Shown here one piece after another: positions 56,798-64,000 of a DNA stretch of 64,000 bases. How positions within the stretch are numbered: position 1 is the stretch's first letter; each line of letters opens with the position of its first letter. Source of the DNA: a virus. A model generated the notes under the pieces. It saw only the letters and a list, made by a program, of their open reading frames with translations, had not been told where the DNA came from and did no database searches. Where the stretch lies: the IMG/VR virus record IMGVR_UViG_3300042863_002274; one strand, 5' to 3'. The translations under genes were made by a program, and so were the position numbers.

Positions 56798-56848
56798 AGC
56801 CCCGGCTTTTGTCGACTAACGCCCTTGCTTCGCTGCGGTTGTTCTCGC
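56798..56848. repeat. Copy 1 of a three-copy intergenic element of about 50 nt
   Basis: AGCCCCGGCT..GACTAACGCCCT..GGTTGTTC.CGC, also at 62819-62867 and inverted at 62059-62108. Confidence 0.8.
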
Positions 56849-56910
56849 CCTGACGGACGGCACTCGGGGTCGGGGGGTGGACTCCGAGTGCCGTCTTTTT
56901 TGGGGTGGGG

Positions 56911-57309
56911 TCAGTAGGTGAACTCCCCGTCCCATCCATGCATGAACTGCGCCACGGCGTCTGAGTCAAGCGTGCAGTCTTGGTCTAGGAACGCTACCCA
57001 GTCCTCACGGGTTGCTTCCGTCCATTCCTCAGGGACGAGAGCCATGACCATGTTCACTGCGATGTGCATCAGGGCGAAGGTCGTCTCTCGTGAGATGACG
57101 CTCGTCCATTCGTTCTCCTCGTCGGATTCCCATGGGAAGCCACAGCCACCCTCGGTTGCGTCCTTGTAGTCCTGTGCGTCCCATGTGTCACGGGCTTGGT
57201 CTTGCATCGCCTGACGGCTTGCGCTTACATCGGACGCCATCAGGCGCTCCATGTGTAGGTGTGCGTTGATGCTCTCGGAAACTAGCAGAAGTGCTTGCTC
57301 TAGGTTCAT
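56911..57309 (-). CDS. Hypothetical acidic protein
   Basis: GAAAGGGG RBS and upstream promoter. Confidence 0.7.
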   Translation of the reverse strand: MNLEQALLLVSESINAHLHMERLMASDVSASRQAMQDQARDTWDAQDYKDATEGGCGFPWESDEENEWTSVISRETTFALMHIAVNMVMALVPEEWTEATREDWVAFLDQDCTLDSDAVAQFMHGWDGEFTY

Positions 57310-57338
57310 TGGGTTCCCCTTTCAGTTGGAATACCCAA

Positions 57339-57382
57339 ATCGTACCAGCAGGGGTACAGACTTGCGAAAAGTTATCTACTCT
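57339..57382 (-). promoter_or_regulatory. Early promoter with upstream operator
   Basis: AGAGTAGATAAC-TTT-TCGCAA-17 nt (GTCTGTAC..TGG)-TACGAT. Confidence 0.75.
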
Positions 57383-57540
57383 GTTAGTGCGCCACTTCGC
57401 TCAAACCAGCGAGTTATCTCTCACACCCCCGTGTGTGCGTGCGCTCCCCAAAAGGGGAGAGCCCCGATAATAACTGTTGCACTAGAAGTGGGCATCTTTC
57501 AGATAGATTTATCTATAAGAAAACAGAGACGGAGACGGCT

Positions 57541-58569
57541 ATGGCTCATCAGATAGAAATCAACAAAGACGGTACAGCACGCATGGCGTATGCGGACCGA
57601 CAGATTCCATGGCACAAGCTTGGGCAGCCCATGAGAGGGCTACAAACGGCAGAAGCAATGCTTGCTGCAGCACAGGCAGATTTCGACGTAGTAACCACAC
57701 GGGTAGCCGTATGTGACGACGACGGGGAGCCAATTCGTCAACCGGACGGAACCACAATTCTTGTACCAGACAGCAGAGCAACAGTACGGGTGAACACAGA
57801 CGGGTCGTTTAACGGCCTAGCAACAGTGGGTACTCGCTATGTGGTGCAGCAGAATCGGGAATGTCTCAATTACGCCCTCGACATAGTTGGTGCTTCGGAT
57901 GGGGATGCAGTTGTTGATACATGCGGAGTCCTGAGAGACGGATGTGAATTCTTTGCATCTATTGACATGGGTGCGCTAATAATCGACCCAGCAGGAATCA
58001 ATGACTCGATTGAACGTTATCTACTCGTACACAACGGGCATGACGGCAAAACAGCGATTACCTTTGCGAACACGAGTATTCGTGCCGTATGTAAAAACAC
58101 AGTGATTGCCGGTGTTTCGTCAGCGAAGCGAGTCTTTACTGCGCGTCACACACGCAATGCAGATAGAGCAATGGAGCAAGCGAACGAAGTTCTCAATATC
58201 TCAACCGAATGGGCTCGCGAGTTCACGCTTACAGCAGAAAAGTTGCTGTCAATAAATGTTCCTGCTTCTTCTCAAATACTTGACAAGACACTGAACCAAG
58301 TATTCCCGATAAGCAAAGACGCAACAGCACGTCAAGAAACAAACCACAAAGAAGTAACATCATTGGTACGCGCAATTTACGCAAACGACAACAACGCAAA
58401 GAACTACGGGTACAACGGCTGGTCTCTCGTCAACGCAATCGGTGAGTATCTCGACCACTATCGCGAAGCAACACCTACCGAGCGAGCACTCGCTTCTATG
58501 AGTAACAACTCGTGGGTGACACGAGCAAAAGTAAAGGCTCAGGATTATCTATTGTCAGGGGTATCCTAA
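57541..58569 (+). CDS. DUF932-family phage/plasmid protein
   Basis: MAH start after GGAG; PWHKLG, VGTRYVVQQN, NGHDG, IRAVCKNT, RHT, WSLVNAIGEYLDH. Confidence 0.85.
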   Translation: MAHQIEINKDGTARMAYADRQIPWHKLGQPMRGLQTAEAMLAAAQADFDVVTTRVAVCDDDGEPIRQPDGTTILVPDSRATVRVNTDGSFNGLATVGTRYVVQQNRECLNYALDIVGASDGDAVVDTCGVLRDGCEFFASIDMGALIIDPAGINDSIERYLLVHNGHDGKTAITFANTSIRAVCKNTVIAGVSSAKRVFTARHTRNADRAMEQANEVLNISTEWAREFTLTAEKLLSINVPASSQILDKTLNQVFPISKDATARQETNHKEVTSLVRAIYANDNNAKNYGYNGWSLVNAIGEYLDHYREATPTERALASMSNNSWVTRAKVKAQDYLLSGVS

Positions 58570-58613
58570 TCTCGGCTGTATCATTTAGATAGAGAAAGCC
58601 GAAGGGAACAATC

Positions 58614-59060
58614 GTGAATGAAAATGACGATAACGATGAAGTCTTTGACTTTGATGACGAAGAAGGCCCATCGAGTGCAGAACTTGCCGTATGGCTCTCT
58701 GAGTTCATGTCTCAATCACAGAAAGCTCAGCGCTTGTACCGTAGCCATTACTGCAACATTGTTGTAAACCGCCTCTGGGAAGAGTTTGGTGCAGAAGGAA
58801 TGTGCGAACTCATGATGTCGATAGATAAAAAAGCCGGATGGATTTCTGACATTTTAATCGAGGACACAGAGCTTCATGATGCGTTGTTCAATGCATACGG
58901 AGTGTTCGATGACGATGCAATCATCAAGGCGCGCATGAGTAGCGGGCTTACTGAGATGAATAGAAAGATTTGGCGCTTACGCCGCAAGTACGCAAAGCTT
59001 ATTGCGCAAGAAATCATTGCCGGTGTCGATTCTTCCGAATCCCGAACAGCAGAAGATTAA
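58614..59060 (+). CDS. Hypothetical protein
   Basis: GAAGGG RBS and GTG start. Confidence 0.65.
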   Translation: MNENDDNDEVFDFDDEEGPSSAELAVWLSEFMSQSQKAQRLYRSHYCNIVVNRLWEEFGAEGMCELMMSIDKKAGWISDILIEDTELHDALFNAYGVFDDDAIIKARMSSGLTEMNRKIWRLRRKYAKLIAQEIIAGVDSSESRTAED

Positions 59061-60973
59061 GAAAGCTTATCTAGCAAGCTAAGAATCATCTGAGTAGAAA
59101 AATCAGAGTTATCTACTTCCCCACCGTCAACGGCAGCATTGACCACTGAACGTTTCTTTTGGATAATCTCGTAAATGTCTTCGTCTATGGTTCCAGCAGC
59201 GAGCATGTATGTTGCCGTTACGCTGCCTTTCTGTCCAATTCTGTGCAATCTACTGTAAGTCTGGTCCACGTCAGCGGGTGTCCACGGGAGTTCCACGAAT
59301 AAACACTCCTCTGCTGCTGTGAGTGTGTGTCCCGTCTTTGCGGCCTGAATTGATAAAACGATTACGGGTGCGCTTTCGACATCTTCTGTCTGAAATCTGC
59401 GCTTACTCTCTTCGACTTCCTCAACAGACATTCCGCCTTGTATGCGAAGGTTGCCATACTTGCGAGCAAGCTCATCGACAATATCTCGATGGTGAGCAGC
59501 AACAACAACCTTCTTGCCGTTATCTATGCGGGCGTTTATCCACTCTTCTACGACTTCCATTTTTGCTTTAGCAGCGAGCTTGCGGAGTACAGACAGTCGA
59601 ACCAGGTGTTCGTTCGCCTCTGCTTTAATCATTGCGTGTATGGCAGCGCCGTACGATGGCTTTCCTTGTTCGAGAGCGAGTTGACGTGCTCGTTCTGCGA
59701 TGTACAACAAGATGTCTGTTTCGGCTTTTTTGTATTCTTTCATTGCAGCAGAGCTTCCCTCTACCAGCAGTTTGCTGTGCATTACGGGAGGGAGCTCTGA
59801 CAGCACCTGGTCTTTCGTCCTTCTTATGTAGCACGTTCCTCGGAGGCGTTCGTTCAGTTCGTCGAGATGCGAGTGACCGGTGATGTTCCATTGCCCGAAG
59901 TTGTCCTGATAGGCAGCACAGTAGCGGCGATAAAAACCCCATAGGCCGCCAAAGTCTTTAAGTCTTCCCAGTATTTCCAATTGAGAAGCGTATTCGTTTG
60001 GACGATTGGTTACCGGCGTGCCAGTGAGACACAATACGAGACCCTCTTTGTGAGCAGACTTGGCCATCTTTACTGCTGCCTTCGTTCTCTGTGCTGTTGG
60101 CGTCTTTGCGTAGTGACTTTCGTCGAAGATGTAAGAACGATGCCCAGTTAGGCGCTTTTCCCAGTGAGCAATATTGCTGTAACCAACAACAACTACGTCA
60201 TACGAGCCGCGTTCGGGGAAGTCCTTGCGATTAGTTACTGGCACAACCTTTCGATTAGGCAGCCACCGGTTCCATTCTGTTACCCAGTTGAGGACCAAGC
60301 TTGGTGGACAAACAACTACGGCCGGATACGAGTCCGTAACATATTCGAGGGTCGCTATCGACTGGAGAGTCTTACCCAACCCCATGTCGTCTGCGATAAA
60401 CGTACGTCGAGCGCGTGCTGCATACACAACTCCGGCACGCTGATAGGGAAGAAGCTCTCCCTGTAGGCCTACGATGTCAACTTCTGCTTCGGTTGCCCGT
60501 GAGGCCTCAACGAACTCGTTCATTCGCGCCGTTACCTGGTCTGACAGTGCTGCCACAGCAGGGTCTACTACTACATCAAACTTTTCTGCCCACTCAATCG
60601 TGTTAAGAACGGATGATACGGGTGCCTGCCAACAATGTTTATCTGCATTCCACGAAACTGCGGGTATCTGCTTTACAGCTTTGACAACAACGCGCTCATA
60701 CGGAACACGGATAGAAATCATTTCGTCTTCGAGCGAGACTTTTGCTGCTCCTGTTTTGATTTTAGGGGCGTTAAACGTGAGGACGTCGATAGTTACATTG
60801 AAGTCATGCTTTATGGCGAAATCTCGAGCCGCCTCCAGGGACGTAACAGGAACCTTCCAGAGCTTTGTCTGTTTATCCCAACGCGAGCCTTTTATTAGCT
60901 TTAATTCCGACACCTGTTGTGCGTCATATGGAAAATCCAGCACAATCTCGCTTTTATCTAAGTACAACCTCAT
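59057..60973 (-). CDS. SNF2-family helicase with two N-terminal HARP-like repeats
   Basis: ADDMGLGKT, DESH, LTGTP..N, QTYSRLHRIGQ. N-terminal PY...LK.I...(R/S)W...K.W..P twice. TATGAT-N6-ATG start. Confidence 0.88.
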   Translation of the reverse strand: MRLYLDKSEIVLDFPYDAQQVSELKLIKGSRWDKQTKLWKVPVTSLEAARDFAIKHDFNVTIDVLTFNAPKIKTGAAKVSLEDEMISIRVPYERVVVKAVKQIPAVSWNADKHCWQAPVSSVLNTIEWAEKFDVVVDPAVAALSDQVTARMNEFVEASRATEAEVDIVGLQGELLPYQRAGVVYAARARRTFIADDMGLGKTLQSIATLEYVTDSYPAVVVCPPSLVLNWVTEWNRWLPNRKVVPVTNRKDFPERGSYDVVVVGYSNIAHWEKRLTGHRSYIFDESHYAKTPTAQRTKAAVKMAKSAHKEGLVLCLTGTPVTNRPNEYASQLEILGRLKDFGGLWGFYRRYCAAYQDNFGQWNITGHSHLDELNERLRGTCYIRRTKDQVLSELPPVMHSKLLVEGSSAAMKEYKKAETDILLYIAERARQLALEQGKPSYGAAIHAMIKAEANEHLVRLSVLRKLAAKAKMEVVEEWINARIDNGKKVVVAAHHRDIVDELARKYGNLRIQGGMSVEEVEESKRRFQTEDVESAPVIVLSIQAAKTGHTLTAAEECLFVELPWTPADVDQTYSRLHRIGQKGSVTATYMLAAGTIDEDIYEIIQKKRSVVNAAVDGGEVDNSDFSTQMILSLLDKLS

Positions 60974-61141
60974 GGGTTCATCATAGTAGAAACCAACAGG
61001 GCTCACGCTGGGGATGTACCGAAAGGAGAGAGGTTGCGAGAGCCCTGTTAATTCCTATGCCGACATCTTAGTCAGCTTTCTACGTGAATGGCAAAACTAT
61101 TGAGATTTTAGTTAGGCCTCGCGCTAGGATGCCTTATCTAC

Positions 61142-61362
61142 TCTACGAAAGGTCCATCAACATGACCGGCTTACCTCCTCTTTTTGTCTGCTACGTCTGC
61201 GGCCTATCGCTGCGTCCTGGGGACAACACCGTCGAGCGCAAGGCTATTGTTTGGCTCAAATCGGGCGGCAAGGCCATCAATCGGGTAGTCGAAGAGCTCC
61301 ACGAGTACAAACACATACATTGCAACGACCGGCCGCACGCCCTGGATGTTCCTCTTTTTTAA
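61142..61362 (+). CDS. Small zinc-finger protein (start uncertain)
   Basis: CYVCG...HIHC. Confidence 0.5.
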
Positions 61363-61419
61363 AACTCTGACTTATCTCTCGCTACCCCATCTAATTTAGA
61401 AATTGTGAGAAAATAGAGC

Positions 61420-61557
61420 ATGACAGAAAACAACGAAGAACCAGAAGCTCAACTTCCAGCAGAAGCTCAAAAACCAGAACCTCAAGCTATTCCAATCGCT
61501 GACGTTCCAAAATTCAGCCGCTTGCATCGCAAACCACCAAGAGCATGCTGCCCCTAA
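61420..61557 (+). CDS. 45 aa peptide not in the ORF track (MTENNEEPEAQ...RACCP)
   Basis: ATG at 61420 to TAA at 61557, followed by a hairpin. Confidence 0.5.
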   Translation: MTENNEEPEAQLPAEAQKPEPQAIPIADVPKFSRLHRKPPRACCP

Positions 61558-61677
61558 GCGGGGCTTTCCCCTTCGGGGAAAGTTGAGGCTGGGGGAGTGA
61601 GAGATAACTCGGATTGCAGCGCTTTTGCAATGTTGGTGGCCAAACTATTGAGAGTAGATAACTCATTAATCAAAAAG

Positions 61678-61716
61678 AACGCCCCACAAGAGAGTAGATA
61701 ACTCTTGTGGGGCGTT
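61678..61716. terminator. Hairpin between convergent genes with the operator in its loop
   Basis: AACGCCCCACAAGAG-AGTAGATAA-CTCTTGTGGGGCGTT. Confidence 0.7.
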
Positions 61717-61764
61717 TCTCTTGGGGGGTTCTCTCGGCAGGAAGGAAACCGAGAGAATCAGGAT

Positions 61765-61965
61765 TTACAGTAACTCAAACTGTGAAATGTCGCGTACTTC
61801 GTAAGTACCCTCATCAAGTTGCTGGCCGTTACGACGGAAGAAGAATACTCCGCGGACCGCATCGTACCCAGTGCACTCTCCGTCACAGTACCCCTGTGTC
61901 CAGCGTATTGAGTACAAACGTACCTTCTTGCCGATAATGTTTTTGGCCGTGATTTTGACCTTCAT
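61765..61965 (-). CDS. Hypothetical protein
   Basis: AAAGGGG RBS before MKVKITAK, with upstream promoter. Confidence 0.6.
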   Translation of the reverse strand: MKVKITAKNIIGKKVRLYSIRWTQGYCDGECTGYDAVRGVFFFRRNGQQLDEGTYEVRDISQFELL

Positions 61966-61993
61966 CGATATCCCCTTTCCTTGAGATGTCAAT

Positions 61994-62036
61994 AATGTAC
62001 CACGCGAAGTACAGACTTACCAAACTTATCTACTCT
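61994..62036 (-). promoter_or_regulatory. Early promoter with upstream operator
   Basis: AGAGTAGATAAG-TT-TGGTAA-17 nt (GTCTGTAC..TGG)-TACATT. Confidence 0.72.
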
Positions 62037-62058
62037 TCCCACCACCCCCATCTTCTGT

Positions 62059-62108
62059 GCGAGAACAACCGATGCGGAGCGAGGGCGTTAGTCGGCGTAG
62101 CCGGGGCT
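62059..62108. repeat. Copy 2 (inverted) of the three-copy element
   Basis: GCGAGAACAACC...AGGGCGTTAGTC...GCCGGGGCT. Confidence 0.8.
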
Positions 62109-62154
62109 CTTTGTGGAGTTATCTACTCTCTCTAATAAAAGATTTATGAGCGTC

Positions 62155-62373
62155 TTACTCCTGTGGCTTGCGCCAGTCAGTGAGTTCGCCTTGGAAGTCA
62201 AGAATCGCTTCCATCGTTCCGCACTCTGAACAGATTTCGGTCTTGTTGTCAAGACGCGAGATAGCACCTGGGTATGCGCCTGGTGTGTCGTTGTTGGGAA
62301 TGAATCCTTCACAGCGCGGGCACAGTACGAACTTGCTGTGCGTCTGTGTGTATGTGTTGTTCTGTATGTTCAT
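62155..62373 (-). CDS. Conserved zinc-binding phage protein
   Basis: CPRC...YPGAISRLDNKTEICSECG..EA. Confidence 0.75.
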   Translation of the reverse strand: MNIQNNTYTQTHSKFVLCPRCEGFIPNNDTPGAYPGAISRLDNKTEICSECGTMEAILDFQGELTDWRKPQE

Positions 62374-62388
62374 GGGTTATCTACTCTC

Positions 62389-62715
62389 TTAGTCCCAGGA
62401 GATGAAAGCGTTGCTGTCAGGGTGTGTGTAAAAATGTTCGCGGCTTTCTGTTTCCAGTTTCGCTAGCGCAATGTCGTGTGGAGCAGAACGGAACGCCCAG
62501 TAGCAAGCGTTCGCTTTCATCGCGATGTCCTGGCACTTGTTGGAAATGTCGCGAACTGCGTTCTCGAAGTCGAGATAATTGTCAGCGTTTTCCTCAAGAG
62601 TGAAGCAGCAATCGCATGGCGTTGGCGTACTGAGAGCCGCTGCCATTTTCTTCACCTGGTCTGTCATTGCTTCTAGTTGCTCTTTGAGCATCTCTAGTTT
62701 GTCGGTCGTTTCCAT
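62389..62715 (-). CDS. Hypothetical protein
   Basis: GAAAGGGG RBS and upstream promoter. Confidence 0.65.
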   Translation of the reverse strand: METTDKLEMLKEQLEAMTDQVKKMAAALSTPTPCDCCFTLEENADNYLDFENAVRDISNKCQDIAMKANACYWAFRSAPHDIALAKLETESREHFYTHPDSNAFISWD

Positions 62716-62744
62716 TACGAACCCCTTTCAGTTGGTCTGCCTTC

Positions 62745-62785
62745 ATCGTACCATCCAGGGGACAGACTTTCCAACTTATCTCTCA
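62745..62785 (-). promoter_or_regulatory. Early promoter with upstream operator variant
   Basis: TGAGAGATAAG-T-TGGAAA-17 nt (GTCTGT..TGG)-TACGAT. Confidence 0.7.
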
Positions 62786-62818
62786 TCATCCCCGCGCGTA
62801 GTTGCTGGTTTAAGTGAT

Positions 62819-62867
62819 AGCCCCGGCTTCGCTGACTAACGCCCTCACTGCGTGAGGTTGTTCACGC
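62819..62867. repeat. Copy 3 of the three-copy element
   Basis: AGCCCCGGCTTCGCTGACTAACGCCCT...GGTTGTTCACGC. Confidence 0.8.
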
Positions 62868-62898
62868 AATGAGGGTGAGAGTCGGGGGTGAAAGTTAT

Positions 62899-63051
62899 CT
62901 ACTCTGAAACAGTTTCACAATCATGGCCATAAAACCATTCGTTCGCTTCGTCCTCGTTCAGTAGGTCAAATAATCGCAAACATTCTAGGCAAATAACATT
63001 CTCGTGACTTGTCAGCATTTCTTTGATAAGACTCGTAGTTGTTTCTTTCAC
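62899..63051 (-). CDS. Small protein with CxxC...GHDC
   Basis: GTGA overlap; CLECLRLFDL...WFYGHDCE. Confidence 0.55.
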   Translation of the reverse strand: MKETTTSLIKEMLTSHENVICLECLRLFDLLNEDEANEWFYGHDCETVSE

Positions 63052-63287
63052 TTGATGCCCGCCAATTTCTTGAGTTCTTTCTTTATGTCTCGTGCTACTG
63101 GGCCACGCCATGTCGTAGCGTTGCTCAAAAAATACACCACGATATATTTCGCATTGTCCATGCCGTAAGTATCGTCAATACTTCCTAACGTGCTCATGGC
63201 GTCTAGGTACGGAACGGCCCCAAAATACGGATTAGTCCAATCGGCCCGAATATCCTTTGCAATGTCTGATAGTAATCTAGTTTCCAT
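63048..63287 (-). CDS. Conserved actinophage-type small protein
   Basis: LSDIAKDIRADW..PYFGAVPYLDAM...YFLSNATTWRG. Confidence 0.75.
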   Translation of the reverse strand: METRLLSDIAKDIRADWTNPYFGAVPYLDAMSTLGSIDDTYGMDNAKYIVVYFLSNATTWRGPVARDIKKELKKLAGIK

Positions 63288-63525
63288 TGCAAACCCATTC
63301 TTCCGCGAGCAAAGTCTCCATGTCGTCCATAATCGCTCCCCATACTTCGGGCATCGTGTAGTCCTCACCATCAGTATCACCACCTTTACCAGTGTTGCCA
63401 CTCTCGGTGATTAGACCCTCTGGTAAATCCACTGAATACCAAACGCCATTAAATCTACGAACCGTTATGGTTAGCCTATTGGCCCTAGCAAAAGCTTCAC
63501 ACTTTGCCTTGGTTGATGTCCTCAT
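63277..63525 (-). CDS. Hypothetical protein
   Basis: GAAAGGGG RBS before MRTSTK. Confidence 0.6.
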   Translation of the reverse strand: MRTSTKAKCEAFARANRLTITVRRFNGVWYSVDLPEGLITESGNTGKGGDTDGEDYTMPEVWGAIMDDMETLLAEEWVCNGN

Positions 63526-63552
63526 TATGTCCCCTTTCACTGGTACGACACA

Positions 63553-63596
63553 AATGTACCACGCACAGTACAGACTTTCCAAAAGTTATCTACTCT
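63553..63596 (-). promoter_or_regulatory. Early promoter with upstream operator
   Basis: AGAGTAGATAAC-TTT-TGGAAA-17 nt (GTCTGTAC..TGG)-TACATT. Confidence 0.75.
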
Positions 63597-63681
63597 CAAG
63601 TTATCTCTCACTCCCCCGTGCAATGTCCGCTACTTGGCCTGGAAGTGTTGGGAGCCCCGATAAAAAGGCGAATTTACTTAT

Positions 63682-63963
63682 CTACTCTATTAATCCTTGT
63701 AGGCGCGCGAGATGTAGCGCGTTGAGGGAACAGAACGCACCGGTAGCAATAACAATTGTTGCCAGGAAATCTGAATTAGTAATCAACCCCATGTATCCGG
63801 CAAACAAGCTCATCAATAAATGAAACATTGCGCTCTGTCTAAGTAGCGCTGCGAGAGTATCTAATCCTTCGAGTAATGATTGCGCCATTGGCTCGGCGAG
63901 TGCGCGTCCTCTACCAATTGCCTGTGCTCTTCGCTCTCGTACATGCGAATTACGTGTATGCAT
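63682..63963 (-). CDS. Membrane protein
   Basis: GAGGGAG RBS and two hydrophobic segments. Confidence 0.6.
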   Translation of the reverse strand: MHTRNSHVRERRAQAIGRGRALAEPMAQSLLEGLDTLAALLRQSAMFHLLMSLFAGYMGLITNSDFLATIVIATGAFCSLNALHLARLQGLIE

Positions 63964-64000
63964 GGGTCTCCCTCTTCGAATTCTTCTTCTTCTTCTTCGG

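Larger units (their letters stand above)
54925..63690. repeat. Dispersed asymmetric operator-like motif AGAGTAGATAA(C/G), variant TGAGAGATAA
   Basis: Copies at about 54925, 55433, 56709, 57371, 61651, 61691, 62025, 62118, 62376, 62894, 63585 and 63677. Variants at about 54991, 56747, 57412, 59108, 61371, 61598, 62775 and 63600. Confidence 0.85.

Noticed and set aside
54925-63690. Possible CRISPR array from the recurring AGAGTAGATAAC
   Set aside because: Repeats are 11-12 nt, irregularly spaced and in both orientations, and no cas genes are present.
1-64000. Alternative genetic code or stop-codon recoding
   Set aside because: Genes are intact and densely packed in the standard code, TAA, TAG and TGA all terminate genes, and no suppressor tRNA is seen.

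Overview
This window is part of a large tailed dsDNA bacteriophage genome with an HK97-type capsid. The host is probably an actinobacterium, based on WhiB, an Rpf domain, actinobacterial-type SSB and long-form RmlA, and many leaderless TANNNT-N6/7-ATG genes. Region 1-24 kb is a head module with two giant multidomain ORFs (over 2429 aa, 5'-truncated, and 2389 aa) and the major capsid protein. Region 24-33 kb has tRNA-Arg, three HNH genes, class II RNR, WhiB, primase-helicase and a terminase-small-like HTH. Region 33.4-42.4 kb is a third giant ORF (3009 aa). Region 42-52 kb has small genes, SSB, thioredoxin, tRNAs, a complete rmlACBD operon and an Rpf/SLT muralytic enzyme. Region 53-64 kb is an array of early-type genes with repeated promoters and operators. 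Main candidate system: all three giant ORFs are chains of unrelated enzyme domains (ArdC, SF1 helicase, zincins, GNATs, DEDDh exonuclease, ADP-ribosyltransferases, ParB, papain-like). The domains are separated by a conserved [R/K][L/F]SSG peptide, seen in 16 copies with varied codons, which suggests proteolytically processed effector polyproteins. Other highlights are an HNH plus tRNA-Arg(UCU) cassette that has split and replaced an older tRNA-Arg(UCU), and a D-arm-less tRNA-like RNA with a UAU anticodon. Domain calls come from motif recognition by eye, not database searches.
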